In this document: positions 36,239 to 47,836 of the stretch, piece by piece | How positions within the stretch are numbered: the stretch's first letter is position 1 | How the letters are laid out: the number at the start of each line of letters is the position of its first letter | Origin: Takakia lepidozioides | Taxonomy: Eukaryota > Plantae > Bryophyta | Direction: 5' to 3' | NCBI GenBank assembly: GCA_030704615.1 | Contig: CM060734.1 | Location: forward strand, 16,616,001-16,680,000 | Length of the DNA: 64,000 bases | Notes under the pieces: generated by a model | What the model saw: the letters and a program-made list of their open reading frames with translations, nothing else | What the model was told of the DNA's origin: nothing | Databases searched by the model: none | Translations under genes and position numbers: made by a program

Positions 36239-38002
36239 GTGGGAAGTAGTGCAACTGAAGCTGGGAATACTGTGAATATCGTGGGGCCAGTAGCAAGGAG
36301 TGCTCAAGGGCCACCACTTGGTGGAAGATCCACCACAAAAACAACAGGTCCAGAAGGACCAGCACCAGCAAGGGTGCCGGCACCTGTTAGTGGGCAGAAG
36401 GTAGGGCCACAGATGGCGTTACAACCAACACGGGCAAAACCACCATTTCCAATATATTCAGGAAAAGGGGATCCCGATGTACACATTAGCCAATTTGAGC
36501 ACATGTGTATAGTGAACAATGAGAATGGCGATGATGCCAAGATGAGATTGTTTCCTTGTTCACTTATCAAGAAAGCAAGTGAATGGTATGCAAGATTCCC
36601 TGATAATCATTTCCTAACCTGGAATGGCTTGAATACAGCATTTCGAAATAGGTTCAGGACAAGTAAAACTGAGGATGAAGTGTATGGAAGTTTACAACAG
36701 TTAAAGCAAAAGAAGCATGAAACTGTTGAGGAGTATATGGAAAAGATGGAATTGATGATGAAAAAGCTGGCTGCAGTACTAGCACCTGGTTTACAGAAGA
36801 CTTGGTTTGTGAGTGGACTAAGACCAGAGTTACAAAAGAAAGTGGATATGTTACCCCATAATACAGTGGAGGAGGCATTTGAAACTGCAAACAGAATTGA
36901 GCAATTGGGAATGCTCAGGAGAGAGAAAAGGGATGATGAGGACTCTGAGGATGAGTCAGATGAAGAAGAAGAACAAGAACTAAAAAGGAAGAGTAAGAGA
37001 AAGGAGAAGTTGAAGAGGGATAACTATGAAAAAAGATTGGAAGAAATCTTGAAGAAGTATGCCACAGAGGCTGCAACACATTGGAGGAAGGGTGTATGGT
37101 GTGCAAAGTGCCAGAATGAAGGCCATACCACCACAGAATGCCACATGAAGGAGAAACACTGTACTATCTGTAAAATGGATAACCATTCTACTGAGAATTG
37201 TTACTACAACAGAAGGACAGCTGCAAGAGAACCTAGGCAAGTAAGGGTGCATCAGGTGCAGCCCCAGCCAAGAAGAAACAATGATCATGACCACTATGGT
37301 AGGTCTGGTGGTTATAACAATGGCATGGAAGGGAGAGGTAATTCAAGAGGAAATTATCAAGGAAATTCCAGAGGCAACTATCAGGGTAATCCAAGGGGGA
37401 ATTACCAGCCCGGGAATCAGGATTACAGAAATAATCCAAGAACAGACCAAGGGCGAGGACCCAATGGTGAAGAACTATGTTACTATTGTAATCAGCCAGG
37501 ACATCGCAGGGCAGCCTGTTCATTCTGGATAAGACACCAGAATGAGATGAGAGCTCCTGTGAATGAGGGCCCAGTGGTGGCAGCTCACATGGTTAGGCCA
37601 TGTGTTGTACCAGAAGTAAGTACAATGATAGTAACCAGAAGCAAAGCCAAACTAATACCTCCAGTAGCTGAGGAAGATGATGATAATGAAGATGGCAGTG
37701 ATATGCCTGAAGATGAAGAGACTTGGAAAGATGAGAAAGAACTGCACAAGGAAGTGGCAAATACTATAAGGGAAATGCAGAAGAGTACTGATATTCCTGT
37801 GGCAGATTCCTCTGATTCTGATGGAGAAGAAGAAGTGAGTGAGGATGAAAGGAAGAAAGAAGATGCAGGCATGCAAAGTAATGAAGAGACTTTGGCTGAA
37901 GTAATATGCCAGACCAAAGCAGAGATTACCATTGGACAGCTATTGGCTGTGGCACCTTATTGTAGGCACAGGCTGTATCAAGCAATCAATCGAATTGCCT
38001 AG
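36239..38002 (+). CDS. gag: Gypsy Gag with three CCHC zinc knuckles
   Basis: YSGKGDPDVHISQF..LFPCSLIKKASEWY..LKQKKHETVEEY; knuckles CAKCQNEGHTTTEC, CTICKMDNHSTENC, CYYCNQPGHRRAAC. Confidence 0.88.
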   Translation: MGSSATEAGNTVNIVGPVARSAQGPPLGGRSTTKTTGPEGPAPARVPAPVSGQKVGPQMALQPTRAKPPFPIYSGKGDPDVHISQFEHMCIVNNENGDDAKMRLFPCSLIKKASEWYARFPDNHFLTWNGLNTAFRNRFRTSKTEDEVYGSLQQLKQKKHETVEEYMEKMELMMKKLAAVLAPGLQKTWFVSGLRPELQKKVDMLPHNTVEEAFETANRIEQLGMLRREKRDDEDSEDESDEEEEQELKRKSKRKEKLKRDNYEKRLEEILKKYATEAATHWRKGVWCAKCQNEGHTTTECHMKEKHCTICKMDNHSTENCYYNRRTAAREPRQVRVHQVQPQPRRNNDHDHYGRSGGYNNGMEGRGNSRGNYQGNSRGNYQGNPRGNYQPGNQDYRNNPRTDQGRGPNGEELCYYCNQPGHRRAACSFWIRHQNEMRAPVNEGPVVAAHMVRPCVVPEVSTMIVTRSKAKLIPPVAEEDDDNEDGSDMPEDEETWKDEKELHKEVANTIREMQKSTDIPVADSSDSDGEEEVSEDERKKEDAGMQSNEETLAEVICQTKAEITIGQLLAVAPYCRHRLYQAINRIA

Positions 38003-39868
38003 GAGACAGGAAACACAGACCTGAACAGCAAGGTGACCAGTTATAATGTGAAGCCGGAAGGGCGAGAAACAGTCATGGACTTTGATGATTCTATGCCAGT
38101 AATCCAATTGAGAATTGGAAGCACAGATTTAACTGATGTACTGATAGATGGAGGTTCTGGAGTAAATATCATGACATACCAATTAAGAAAGAAGCTTGGT
38201 CTAAGTAACATGAAACCAGCCCCATTTACAGTAACAATGGCAGATCAAAGAAGTGTACAGCCATTGGGATTAATAAGAGGAGTTAAGATACAGATACAGA
38301 AGATGATCTTTATGATCACAGTAACTGTGTTGAAGATGGATGAAGTCATGGAGGCTTACTCCTTATTATTGGGACGTCCGTGGCTGAAACAGGCCAGGGT
38401 ATTCCATGACTGGAATTCTCAGTTACTAACCGTGCATAATGGGATACACGAGATACAAATTACCACAAAGAAATCTAGTAGATTACCTGCTACGAGAAGA
38501 CCTCGAGGAGTCAGAGAGTATGACTGGAAAGGAGGACTGGATGAGGAGCAGGAAGCTACCCTATTTGCTGCACACCCAGAGTGGGAGCAGGTTGCAAAGA
38601 TGCGGCTGGAAAGCCTAAGTTGTTTAAGAGGTATCTGTTGTGGTGTAGTGACAGCAACACCAACTGAAAAGGAAACCAGCAGTTACCCATCACATTTCTA
38701 TGAAGAAAGAGAAGGAGAAATGGAAATCCTAGAGGAACCAGCCACTGTGAGCTTACAGGATGAAGTGGTGACTGGTTGGACAATCACAGCTGATGAGCAG
38801 GTGAGGGAAGTGAATGTGGGAACTAAAGAGGAACCGATGATGGTGAAAGTAGGAGCTGATTTGGAGCCGGAATTCTTTGAAGAAGCTAAAAGCTTGTTCA
38901 TCAAATACAGAGATGTATTTGCTTGGAGCTATGAGGATCTAAAAGGGATACCACCTGAAGTCTGTCAGCATAAGATTGAACTGGAACCAGGGTCAGTACC
39001 AATCAAGCAGGCGAGGTACAAAATGAATCCCAACTACGCACAGAAGGTTGGAGAAGAGATCAAGAAGTTGGCTGAGGCTAAGTTTATATACCCAATAGAG
39101 TATACAACTTGGTTGTCACCCATTGTTATAGTTCCCAAGAAGAATGGTAAACTAAGAGTATGTGTGAACTACAAGAAGCTGAATGCTTGTACGAAGAAAG
39201 ATCATTTTCCTTTGCCATTCACAGAAGCAGTATTGGACACTGTGGCAGGTCATGAGATGTACTCATTCATGGATGGTTTTAGTGGTTATAATCAAGTGCA
39301 AATGGCAGAAGAAGATCAAGGAAAGACAGCTTTCATCACAGACTGGGGTGCTTATGCATACAAAGTCATGCCCTTTGGACTTTGTAATGCACCAGAACAT
39401 TTCAGAGAGTAATAAGTGAATCTTTTCATGAGTATCTGGATGATTTCATGCAGGTGTTCTTGGATGATTTCAGTGTGTACAGCTCTAAGAATGAGCACTT
39501 GCATAAATTGGAGTTATGTCTGGCCAGATGCAGGATGAGAGGTCTGGGCTTGAATCCAGAGAAGTGTACTTTCTGTGTGAACTCAGGGGTGCTTCTGGGA
39601 CACATTGTGTGTAAGAAGGGACTTCTTGTGGATCCCAGGAAGACAGAGTCCATTAAAGCCTCTCCACCACCAGTGAATGTTAATAGTTTAAGGAGATTCC
39701 TTGGGCAAACCAGTTATTACAGAAGATTTGTCAAAAGGTATGCACAAATAGCAGCACCATTGAGCAAGCTTCTGAAGAAAGATGCAGTGTTTGCCTGGAT
39801 AGCTAAATGTCAACAGGCGTTTGAGGAACTTACACTGTCAGTAACAACTACACCTGTGCTGATTAACC
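38003..39868 (+). pseudogene. pol: Gypsy pol 5' part: aspartic protease and reverse transcriptase (frameshifted near 39395)
   Basis: LIDGGSGVN, LLGRPW, WLSPIVIVPKKNGKLRVC, MDGFSGYNQ, MPFGLCNAP, FLDDF. Interrupted at PVLINP. Confidence 0.92.
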
Positions 39869-40091
39869 CACTGAAAGGCAGTGCAAACCTATTTATTGGC
39901 TTAAAATACATTTAAATTCAATTAAAAATGTGGAATGGCTTGAGGGGGGAGCGCGTCGATGGGGAGGCAAATGATTTATTCGTCTTTTGTGTCTCCGCAC
40001 ACGTGTCGCAGCACGTGCGGGCAAAAGAGGGGCTTCAACCACAACCGTTCAATGGGTGCAATTTGGATGGGCAACCATCCGTTGGCCCATT
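39869..40091 (+). mobile_element. End of an unrelated insertion into the Gypsy pol, possibly a CACTG-terminated CACTA-superfamily element
   Basis: pol homology stops at 39868. The following sequence starts CACTGAAAGG and runs non-coding into the gap. Confidence 0.35.
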
Positions 40092-40591
40092 NNNNNNNNN
40101 NNNNNNNNNNNNNNNNNNNNNNNNNNNNNNNNNNNNNNNNNNNNNNNNNNNNNNNNNNNNNNNNNNNNNNNNNNNNNNNNNNNNNNNNNNNNNNNNNNNN
40201 NNNNNNNNNNNNNNNNNNNNNNNNNNNNNNNNNNNNNNNNNNNNNNNNNNNNNNNNNNNNNNNNNNNNNNNNNNNNNNNNNNNNNNNNNNNNNNNNNNNN
40301 NNNNNNNNNNNNNNNNNNNNNNNNNNNNNNNNNNNNNNNNNNNNNNNNNNNNNNNNNNNNNNNNNNNNNNNNNNNNNNNNNNNNNNNNNNNNNNNNNNNN
40401 NNNNNNNNNNNNNNNNNNNNNNNNNNNNNNNNNNNNNNNNNNNNNNNNNNNNNNNNNNNNNNNNNNNNNNNNNNNNNNNNNNNNNNNNNNNNNNNNNNNN
40501 NNNNNNNNNNNNNNNNNNNNNNNNNNNNNNNNNNNNNNNNNNNNNNNNNNNNNNNNNNNNNNNNNNNNNNNNNNNNNNNNNNNNNNNNNNN
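40092..40591. other. Assembly gap (500 N)
   Basis: Run of N. Confidence 0.99.
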
Positions 40592-42466
40592 TCAGTTTGG
40601 GCCAGAAATACCCTTTCTTCAAGAGTGCCGCAGTGTGCTTGGCTCCGCCGTGGCCCGCAAGCGGGCTATCATGACATTTTCTCAAGAGGCTATCTCTGAT
40701 CCCTCCCTTTGGCACGTAGAGACGTTTTGCTTATACCGGAGCAGTCCATTTTGCAAGTGGAACTGCGATTTAACCTCCATCCTCAAGTCTTGCATCACGG
40801 ACTTCGCCAGCTCATCCTTCCGGCAAGCCTTCCGGATCTTCCTTTGGAGTGCCGACTCGCCCTTGTACACCAACAAGAGCTGCTGCTTTCTACTTAAAGC
40901 ATTGGCCACCACATTGTCCCGTCCCGGTTTGTACTGGATATCCACGTCGAACACCGCCAAAGTATCTTGCCACCTAAGTTGTTTTGGGGACAACTTGGGC
41001 TGCATGGCAAAATACTTCACTGTGACATTGTCCGTGAACACCTTCACTGGGTTGGAACCAACATAGTGGCGCCAAAGCTCAAGGCAATGCACGTGCGTCG
41101 GCCACCGTCGCTCCACTTCATTCAGTTTCTTACTTTCGTAAGCCACTGGACGTCCATCTTGCATAAGTACACCCCCAATCGCGAAGTCCGACGCATCTGT
41201 ATGAATCTCAAATGGACGATCGAACTCCGGGATTTTCAAGACTAGAGCTTCCGCCATCCGCTGCTTCAATTCAGCAAAAGCTTGGCCACAAAAGGTGTTC
41301 CATGCCCAGACTTTAGATTTACACAGAAGGTCCGACAGCGGCCCCGCGATCTTGGCGAAATTTCTCACATACTTCCGGTAATAGGAGGCGAGTCCTAGGA
41401 AGGATCGCACTCCCGGGACCGAAGTCGGAGGCTCCCAGTCCAAGATCGCCCTCACCTTTCTGTCATCCATTTTGATCCCATCCTGTGTAATCACATGCCC
41501 CAGGAACTCCACTTTTGTGACCCCGAATCCGCACTTTGAAGCTTTGGCATACAGCTTCCCTTCTTGCAATTTTTGGAACACCCTTTTGAGGTGCTCCAGG
41601 TGCTCCTCCTTTGTTTTCGAGTACACCAAGATGTCGTCGATGTACACGATCACAAAGTCATCCAACCACTCCTGGAAAAGGTTGTTCATCAGCGTGCTAA
41701 ATGTCGTTGGTGCATTGGTGAGCCCAAAAGGCATCACCAAGAACTCATATGAACCATACCTTGTCCTGCACGCGGTCTTCTCCTCATCTCCTTCCGCCAC
41801 CCGAATTTGATGATAGCCGGAGCGCAAGTCGATCCGGCTGAAATACTTCGCTCCTGCCAACCGATCGAAGAGGTCGTCGATCCTTGGCAAAGGGTACCGG
41901 TTTTTTATAGTCACCTTATTCAGAGCCCTGTAATCGACACACATCCGCAGCGTCCCATCCTTCTTGTCTGCGAATAGCACCGGGGCTCCGTAAGGTGACT
42001 TACTCGGCCGGATGTACCCCTTTGACATTAGATCCTTGAGCTGAGTCTTCAGCTCGACCAACTCTCTGTGGCTCAACCGGTAGGGCACCTTGGCAAGCGG
42101 TTCCGATCCCGGTATCACCTCAATCTTGTGGTCAACTCCTCTTCGCGGTGGCAAGCCGCTTGGTAAATCCTCCGGCATCACATCCTGGTATTTCTCCAAA
42201 ATCCCCTTGATCCAATCTAGGCTCGGCTCCCCATCGCCTTCTCCTTTCACTTCTCTAATGTAAAGCAAAAACTGGGACTCGTGTGCCTCCTCCACGGCCC
42301 ACTCCTTTGCTGACAGAAGGTTTATTCGCCCTCCCACGGATTTGGGCGTTTCCGACACTCGTAAAACCTCGCCACCATTCCCACATGGCAGCGTGACTAC
42401 TCTCTTGCGGCCATCTATGACCGCTCCGGATTTGCTCAAAAAGGGCATCCCCAAAATGAGATCCAC
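40592..42466 (-). pseudogene. pol: pol: reverse transcriptase, RNase H and start of the integrase zinc finger
   Basis: [63 protein letters not shown]. Confidence 0.92.
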
Positions 42467-42494
42467 TCCATCGATCTCGCAGATAGTGAAGTTC

Positions 42495-43865
42495 TCACGT
42501 CCCTCCCAACTCCCTAGTTAAAAGAGGAACATCAAACGCCAACCTTGTCGCCAACTGAGGTTCTCCTTTGGCAGAGCGCACCTCAATAGAGGCCCCCACG
42601 TCACTTGTCGGGAGTCCCAACTTTCGCGCCGCCGCCGGCGTCATGAAGGAGTGCGACGCTCGTGTGTCCACCAACAACGACACGTTAGTTCCGGATATTA
42701 TCCCATCCACGAACAATAAGTGACTCCCTTTACGCAGGGCGCCAGTTTCCTGATACAACTCACAAGAATAGTTGCCTACCTTGCAAGTCCTGGCGACCAC
42801 CGCTTCCACCACGCGACTGATTGTATCTTTCGACAGCTCCGTGGTTGCCCTAGTCATGTTCAATTGTCGAGGTTTTGTGCACTTCTTGGCCATGTGCCCG
42901 GGCTCCCCGCAATTGAAACACACTCCATCAAAGGTTGCCTTCTGTCCGCCATAAGCCGCTCTACCCGCTTTTCCTTTCGAAGCACCGGGTGCCACCTTAA
43001 CGTGTGAAGGCCCTCCCTTTGATTTCCACGTGCCATTATCGCCGCGTGGCCTATCCCACTTCTTTTCCGGTCGGAAGGAGTCACATTCCCGCCGGGTCTT
43101 CTTGTGGTTCAGCTCCGTACGGCCTTGTCTCTCATCCCTAGGGACATCCGAGAAACATTCAGCCCTCTCAATTGCCTCGTTCAAAGTCTTGGGTGGCTTC
43201 TCCTCCAACTTCCGCCTGGCCCATGGGGCCAGTCTCGCCACAAAGTTGAAGACCATTTCTGGTTCTGCAATGTCCGCGACTACGAGCAACAGCACATTGA
43301 AAGCCTGGACATACCCCCGAATGTCATCTGTTTGCTTCAAATTCCTCATCTTGTCCCGGGCAAGCCAGGATGCGTTGAGGGGCACAAACTGTCTCTTCAT
43401 CAATTCCTTGAACCCACTCCAGTTCAAGGTTTCCGGGCTTGGGCCTCGGTCGTGAAGGCGTTTCTGCCACCATTGTTGAGCATAGCCCCTCAAATAGGTG
43501 GGAGCCACTTCCACCCGATCCTCGTCACTCAACTTGGCCGCCCGGAAGTACTGCTCTAGCTCCAGGAGCCAGGTGTTGAGTGCCTTCCGGTTTCGAACGC
43601 CCTCGAAGGTGCCGGGTTCCTTAGGCTTCACCTTAAACTTTGCCTTAGTGGAAGTGGCATTAGCCGCCTTCAACACGTCTTTCAACGTCCCGCCAAACTG
43701 CGCCAACAACCCTTCCCAAAAGGCTGCCGGCATGGGAGGCATCTCTTGGTTTGTCGGAGCTCTCAAGGATTCCTCGGGCTCCGACTCCTCGGATTCCTCC
43801 CGCTCCTGAGCGGCCTCGTTTTCGGAAACATTCATCGCTTCCTCAAACAGCCGCCTCGGTGACAC
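42495..43865 (-). pseudogene. gag: Gag (CCHC) and degenerate protease
   Basis: EPGTFEG..WLLELEQYF..YLRGYAQQWW; CFNCGEPGHMAKKC; LVDTRASHSF (DTG mutated). Frameshift into pol. Confidence 0.85.
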
Positions 43866-44412
43866 GTCGCCCCCATCGGGCTCACCAGGATCATCATCTT
43901 TTGGGCCGTTCCGCTTTCGCTTTGGCTTGCCCGACCCATGATGAGGCCAATCCCAAGGACGATTGCGTACTGAACTCTAAGCTCTGATACCAAGTGTCAC
44001 GCACCTCACTTCGGTAAGCTCCCCTTCAAGTCGTAGTTACTCGCTTTGATGCGCGCGCCTGACTCCCAACCTGGCCGCCGGGCCAACTCGGAGCTTCGGC
44101 TGCTCACCGGGACATAACGGTCCCCCTTCGCTCTCCCGAAAGACCCTCCACCTATTTGGGCCTAGTGGAATTCCCTTTGGTAGATGGCAGTCCGGAACAG
44201 CTTCCCACTCTTTGGTCGCTTTCCGGCTCGCTTGCTTACTCACTAGTTTTTGGACACCAACGGGCTTGCACCGTTCTCGGGGTTACTACTCCCTATATAT
44301 ACTTCTGTAGCTGTCCGCGGGGGTTTCACAACCAGCCATGCCATTTTATGGCGAACCACCACGAAGACCCTTGACTCCCGGTGGTGAGTCGCGGTGAGTC
44401 TTGGCCCTCTCA

Positions 44413-45170
44413 CCACGACCCCATTGGGTAAAATGCCACTGTCGACATGTACAACGGCGTCCATAAGGATGAGACGATGGTCACAAAGAAATCTTGAAGC
44501 GAGGGTTGGCGCAACCAATGCCCAACTGCCGAGGAAAGTTACTTGCACATCTCTGAGCCTAGGAAGGAGATCGGCGTGGGTGGCATCCTGGTGGAGTGCA
44601 TCTTCCAAGAAGGACGTTGTGAACTGGGTGGTGCCAAAAGGGACTCCCAGGATTCTGATGTCATTGGGCGGAGCAATGAAGTGAGCAGGGAGGACAAAAT
44701 CTGCAGGGAGACAGGACAGAGACCACACCGCACATTTACGAGGTTGCACTGAAAGGCCCACGGCAGAGAGCTAGGTGACAAAATGATGGTAAGCTGGAAG
44801 TACCTGTGAGGCAGGGCCTACAATGTGCGTGTCATCTACCACCGACGGAACAAGACAAAATGAGTGTACTTGTGCAGAAGCCGTGAGGGCGCGGACGTGA
44901 GCCATGGCAAACAAAGGTCCTCCTAAAGGGTCGGACTGAATGATGGAGCACTCACCTAGGCGAGAATAATGACTGTAGTAAAGGGGAGTGGTGGATGCAT
45001 AGAATAATCGAACAAACGGAATGAGCTGGTGGAAATCTCCCCCGGCTGAACGGAGCTCCTTAAAGATAGCCGCTCGTGACACAATGTTGAAAGCATTGAT
45101 GACGTCGACATGGAGAATCACCCAATCCGGACGAAGATCAAGAGCTGCACGCCAAGGACCTCAACGCTTG
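44413..45170 (-). pseudogene. Fragment of a CRE/SLACS-like non-LTR retrotransposon reverse transcriptase
   Basis: HVDVINAFNIVSR, DPLGGPLF, VVDDTHIVG, GLSVQPRKC, ILGVPFGT. Confidence 0.75.
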
Positions 45171-45414
45171 TCATGATCTCTACCCTGTTCACTCGCCCCA
45201 ACTCTACTCAGTTCCGCCATCTGCCTGTTGATTTTACCTTCGAACGTGAGCATGGGATACATGGTTCCGAAATGCCTACACTTTCAGATGATGGAGGGGA
45301 GGATCTCTTTTCCAGGCATATTGAGATGGAGAAAATTAACTCTCCCAGTGCTGCCTCAACTTCTACATCAGAGCCCAAGTCAGCCGCTGATACTAGCAGT
45401 ACAGCAAAGATCTT

Positions 45415-45885
45415 TCAATTAAACCATTCTCTTGGAATGCGTGTGCAAACCAAGGTGCGCTGCAGAAAAGCAAAGTGGTCCATGATGACATCTTCAAAGC
45501 TGGAATTATGCCGGATACTATTCTGGTAAACATTCCTGTTGACTCGTTTACAAAATGCCCGGGTATAGAGGCTGCGCGTCAAGTGCTGGACAATGTAGCA
45601 CAACAGGTCGTGATCTCATGGAATGCAATGATCGAAGGATATGCTCAACAAGGGCGCAGCAATGTGCCTGACTGTCATTTATGCATCATAAATGCCTACA
45701 GCACGCTAAACAGAGATCTTTCAGTTGAACCATTATCCTTCAATGGGTGTGCAAGCCAAGGTGCGCTGCAGAAAGACAAAGTGTTCCATGATGACATCTT
45801 CAAAGCTGGAATTGTCCCGGATATCAATCTGGTGAACACCCTTGTTGACATGTATGCCAATTGCGGGAGTGTAGAGGTGAACACC
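45415..45885 (+). pseudogene. PPR fragment mosaic related to 24637-26760
   Basis: VHDDIFKAGIMPD..ARQVLDNVAQQVVISWNAMIEGYAQ..NTLVDMYANCG. Contains the same non-PPR insert as 24640-24770. Confidence 0.8.
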
Positions 45886-47834
45886 TAGAGGGGGACGTCC
45901 GTACTCGCCCTGTGAGGTGGAGGATTGAAGAGGAACCCGGGTGCGAAGAGGATTCCTGGAGATCCGACAGGAACATTCGGACAGCACCTCGAGGGCCCGT
46001 CATGTTGCCGCACAATGTGTCTTCCAGCAGTGGAAGCCCAAGAAATTCCAGATCGCCATCGCCTTCAAGCGGGGATTCCGTGCAAGAAATTCCCACCGCT
46101 CGCTTGCCCCAGATTCCGCCCCCTGTTATGCAGTATGGCCAAGCCATTGTGGAGACGACTGTGTCTGCGTCACAGTGGAGAATTGCTCGCACAAAGCCGT
46201 CGTTTCGAGGCAGGTGTTCCGCAATTCGAGTGGATACACGGCAACGTTGTTTAGAGATGATAAGGAGGAATCCAGATGGTGTTGTCCCTGCTCCTACTTT
46301 TACAGGAAGATTTGTCCATGCAAAGTTTGCGGAGGCGACAACCACCCAGTTCTGGTTCTGCAGGCACGACATTATGACTTGTGTGTATGGAAAGCCCAAG
46401 TACGGCATACAAACAATGCCAGAGGCTCCCCCGGTGTGGCCGGTGGAACCAGGCTGCGATCTGAGTCAGGTTGAGGCCGACGCCCTTACCGCCGCAGGAT
46501 TTTGGATGGTGCAGCGCACTGACGTCCCCAGACAACCATTTCCGCTTCCACAGCCTCCACCACCGACCCCTGTGAGAGCAAGAACAATGGGACCCGACAG
46601 CTCTAAGCATCCTACACACCGTTAGGGGAAACCGAAGAGGCGGCGACCTCCCTCAAAAGTGAACGAGACGAGGATGGGGAATGCACTTCGGATGAACTGT
46701 ACAATCCAGAGCTCGACAAAAGTGCCCCCACTAGGCTTCGGGCGTGTGTATCAGATGGCCACTGCAGGCTCAGCTGTTCGCAATGAGGTGTACACCATCA
46801 CCATTTCAGAATTACCCACCTGCAATTGCACCGACTTTCAGATCATGGCGGACAAGGGGGCATCATACTGCCCTTGCAAGCATCTGTACTATGTGTACCT
46901 AAAGAGACTCCGGTGTAATTCCACAACTCATCACTTCATACATGCACCAGGGTTGAGCCCCCAAGAGGTGCACACTCTTCTGAATATGGATCCAGGGGAC
47001 CAGTGACCTTGGCTTGCGGTCCCAACACAATGGTACGCCCATCCTTTTCGGATAGTAGAACTGTACTGCTGCAAGTAGCTCTGACTCTGGCCACAGAAAT
47101 GTCCGACTTATGTCTTGCCTACCAGTAACCTGTTTTGCTCGAACGTCGATAATACTATGTCATTCACTCGTGTTTCCACGTGCATGTATTTTTGTGTGTT
47201 GGAGGGTTCCTGTTTTTCAGCTCTCCCAAACTTTGCTTTCCTCATTCGACCCCCGGCAAGGAAATGCGGCGCCGCATTTCCAAGTAACGTCGTAGGTACT
47301 GGTAGATGCGGCAGTCAGCAACACCAAACTGCCCAGAAATTTCACATGTGCGAACCCTAATGCGGCACCGCATTTCCTAGTTCACTTGCAAAACTTTCCC
47401 GCCGAATACTGGAAGATGATAGAATTGTGCAGACTCTATTGGTTCAGTCGCGGCAAAAGGGTCAGCTTCATTCCAATGTTAAGGCATGTAAAACCGCGGA
47501 ATACTCTATACAGGCCAGTATGCGACGTCCTTTTGCCGTGGTATACTAGATTTCTCGTTGCACGGTCACTCATTTCCATGAGCGGATCTAAAAAACCATG
47601 AGCGGAGTTGTTACTGACGACATATCTTTGCCGCATTACAGGATCCGTAACTTCCAAAAATGGCAAGGTCAAATATAAAACTATTATTTTAATACTTGTT
47701 TAATCTGCCGCATTTCCAAATTTGGAGGAGTCCGCTCATGAAATCCGCGTGTCTTAGACTTCGGCTCACCGCTCATGCGGCTCATGCGGCTCATGGCTCA
47801 TGGCTCATGGTTTCTGCTCATGAAATAGTAAACC
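45886..47834 (+). mobile_element. 3' part of the Mutator-like element: C-terminal region with a SWIM zinc finger (46659-47006), subterminal repeats and terminus
   Basis: YTITISELPTCNCTDF...CPCKHLYYV (SWIM). GGAAATGCGGCGCCGCATTTCC repeats and GCTCATG tandem repeats. End ...AATAGTAAACC. Confidence 0.78.
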
Positions 47835-47836
47835 TC

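Larger units (their letters stand above)
40592..44412 (-). mobile_element. Second Ty3/Gypsy element (chromovirus-like), 5' LTR 44412-43995, tRNA-iMet PBS, truncated by the gap
   Basis: PBS TGGTATCAGAGC (reverse complement of 43981-43992). LTR TGAGAG...GTGACA. gag-pol follows downstream. Confidence 0.88.

Noticed and set aside
39863-39875. TTAA-CCC as a piggyBac end
   Set aside because: ATT AAC CC fits the host pol frame (PVLINP), a CACTG start explains the junction equally well, and no second end is visible.
39928-41066. ORFs spanning N runs (also 57538-58278 and the 5' part of 56241-58103)
   Set aside because: Artefacts of translating through assembly gaps.
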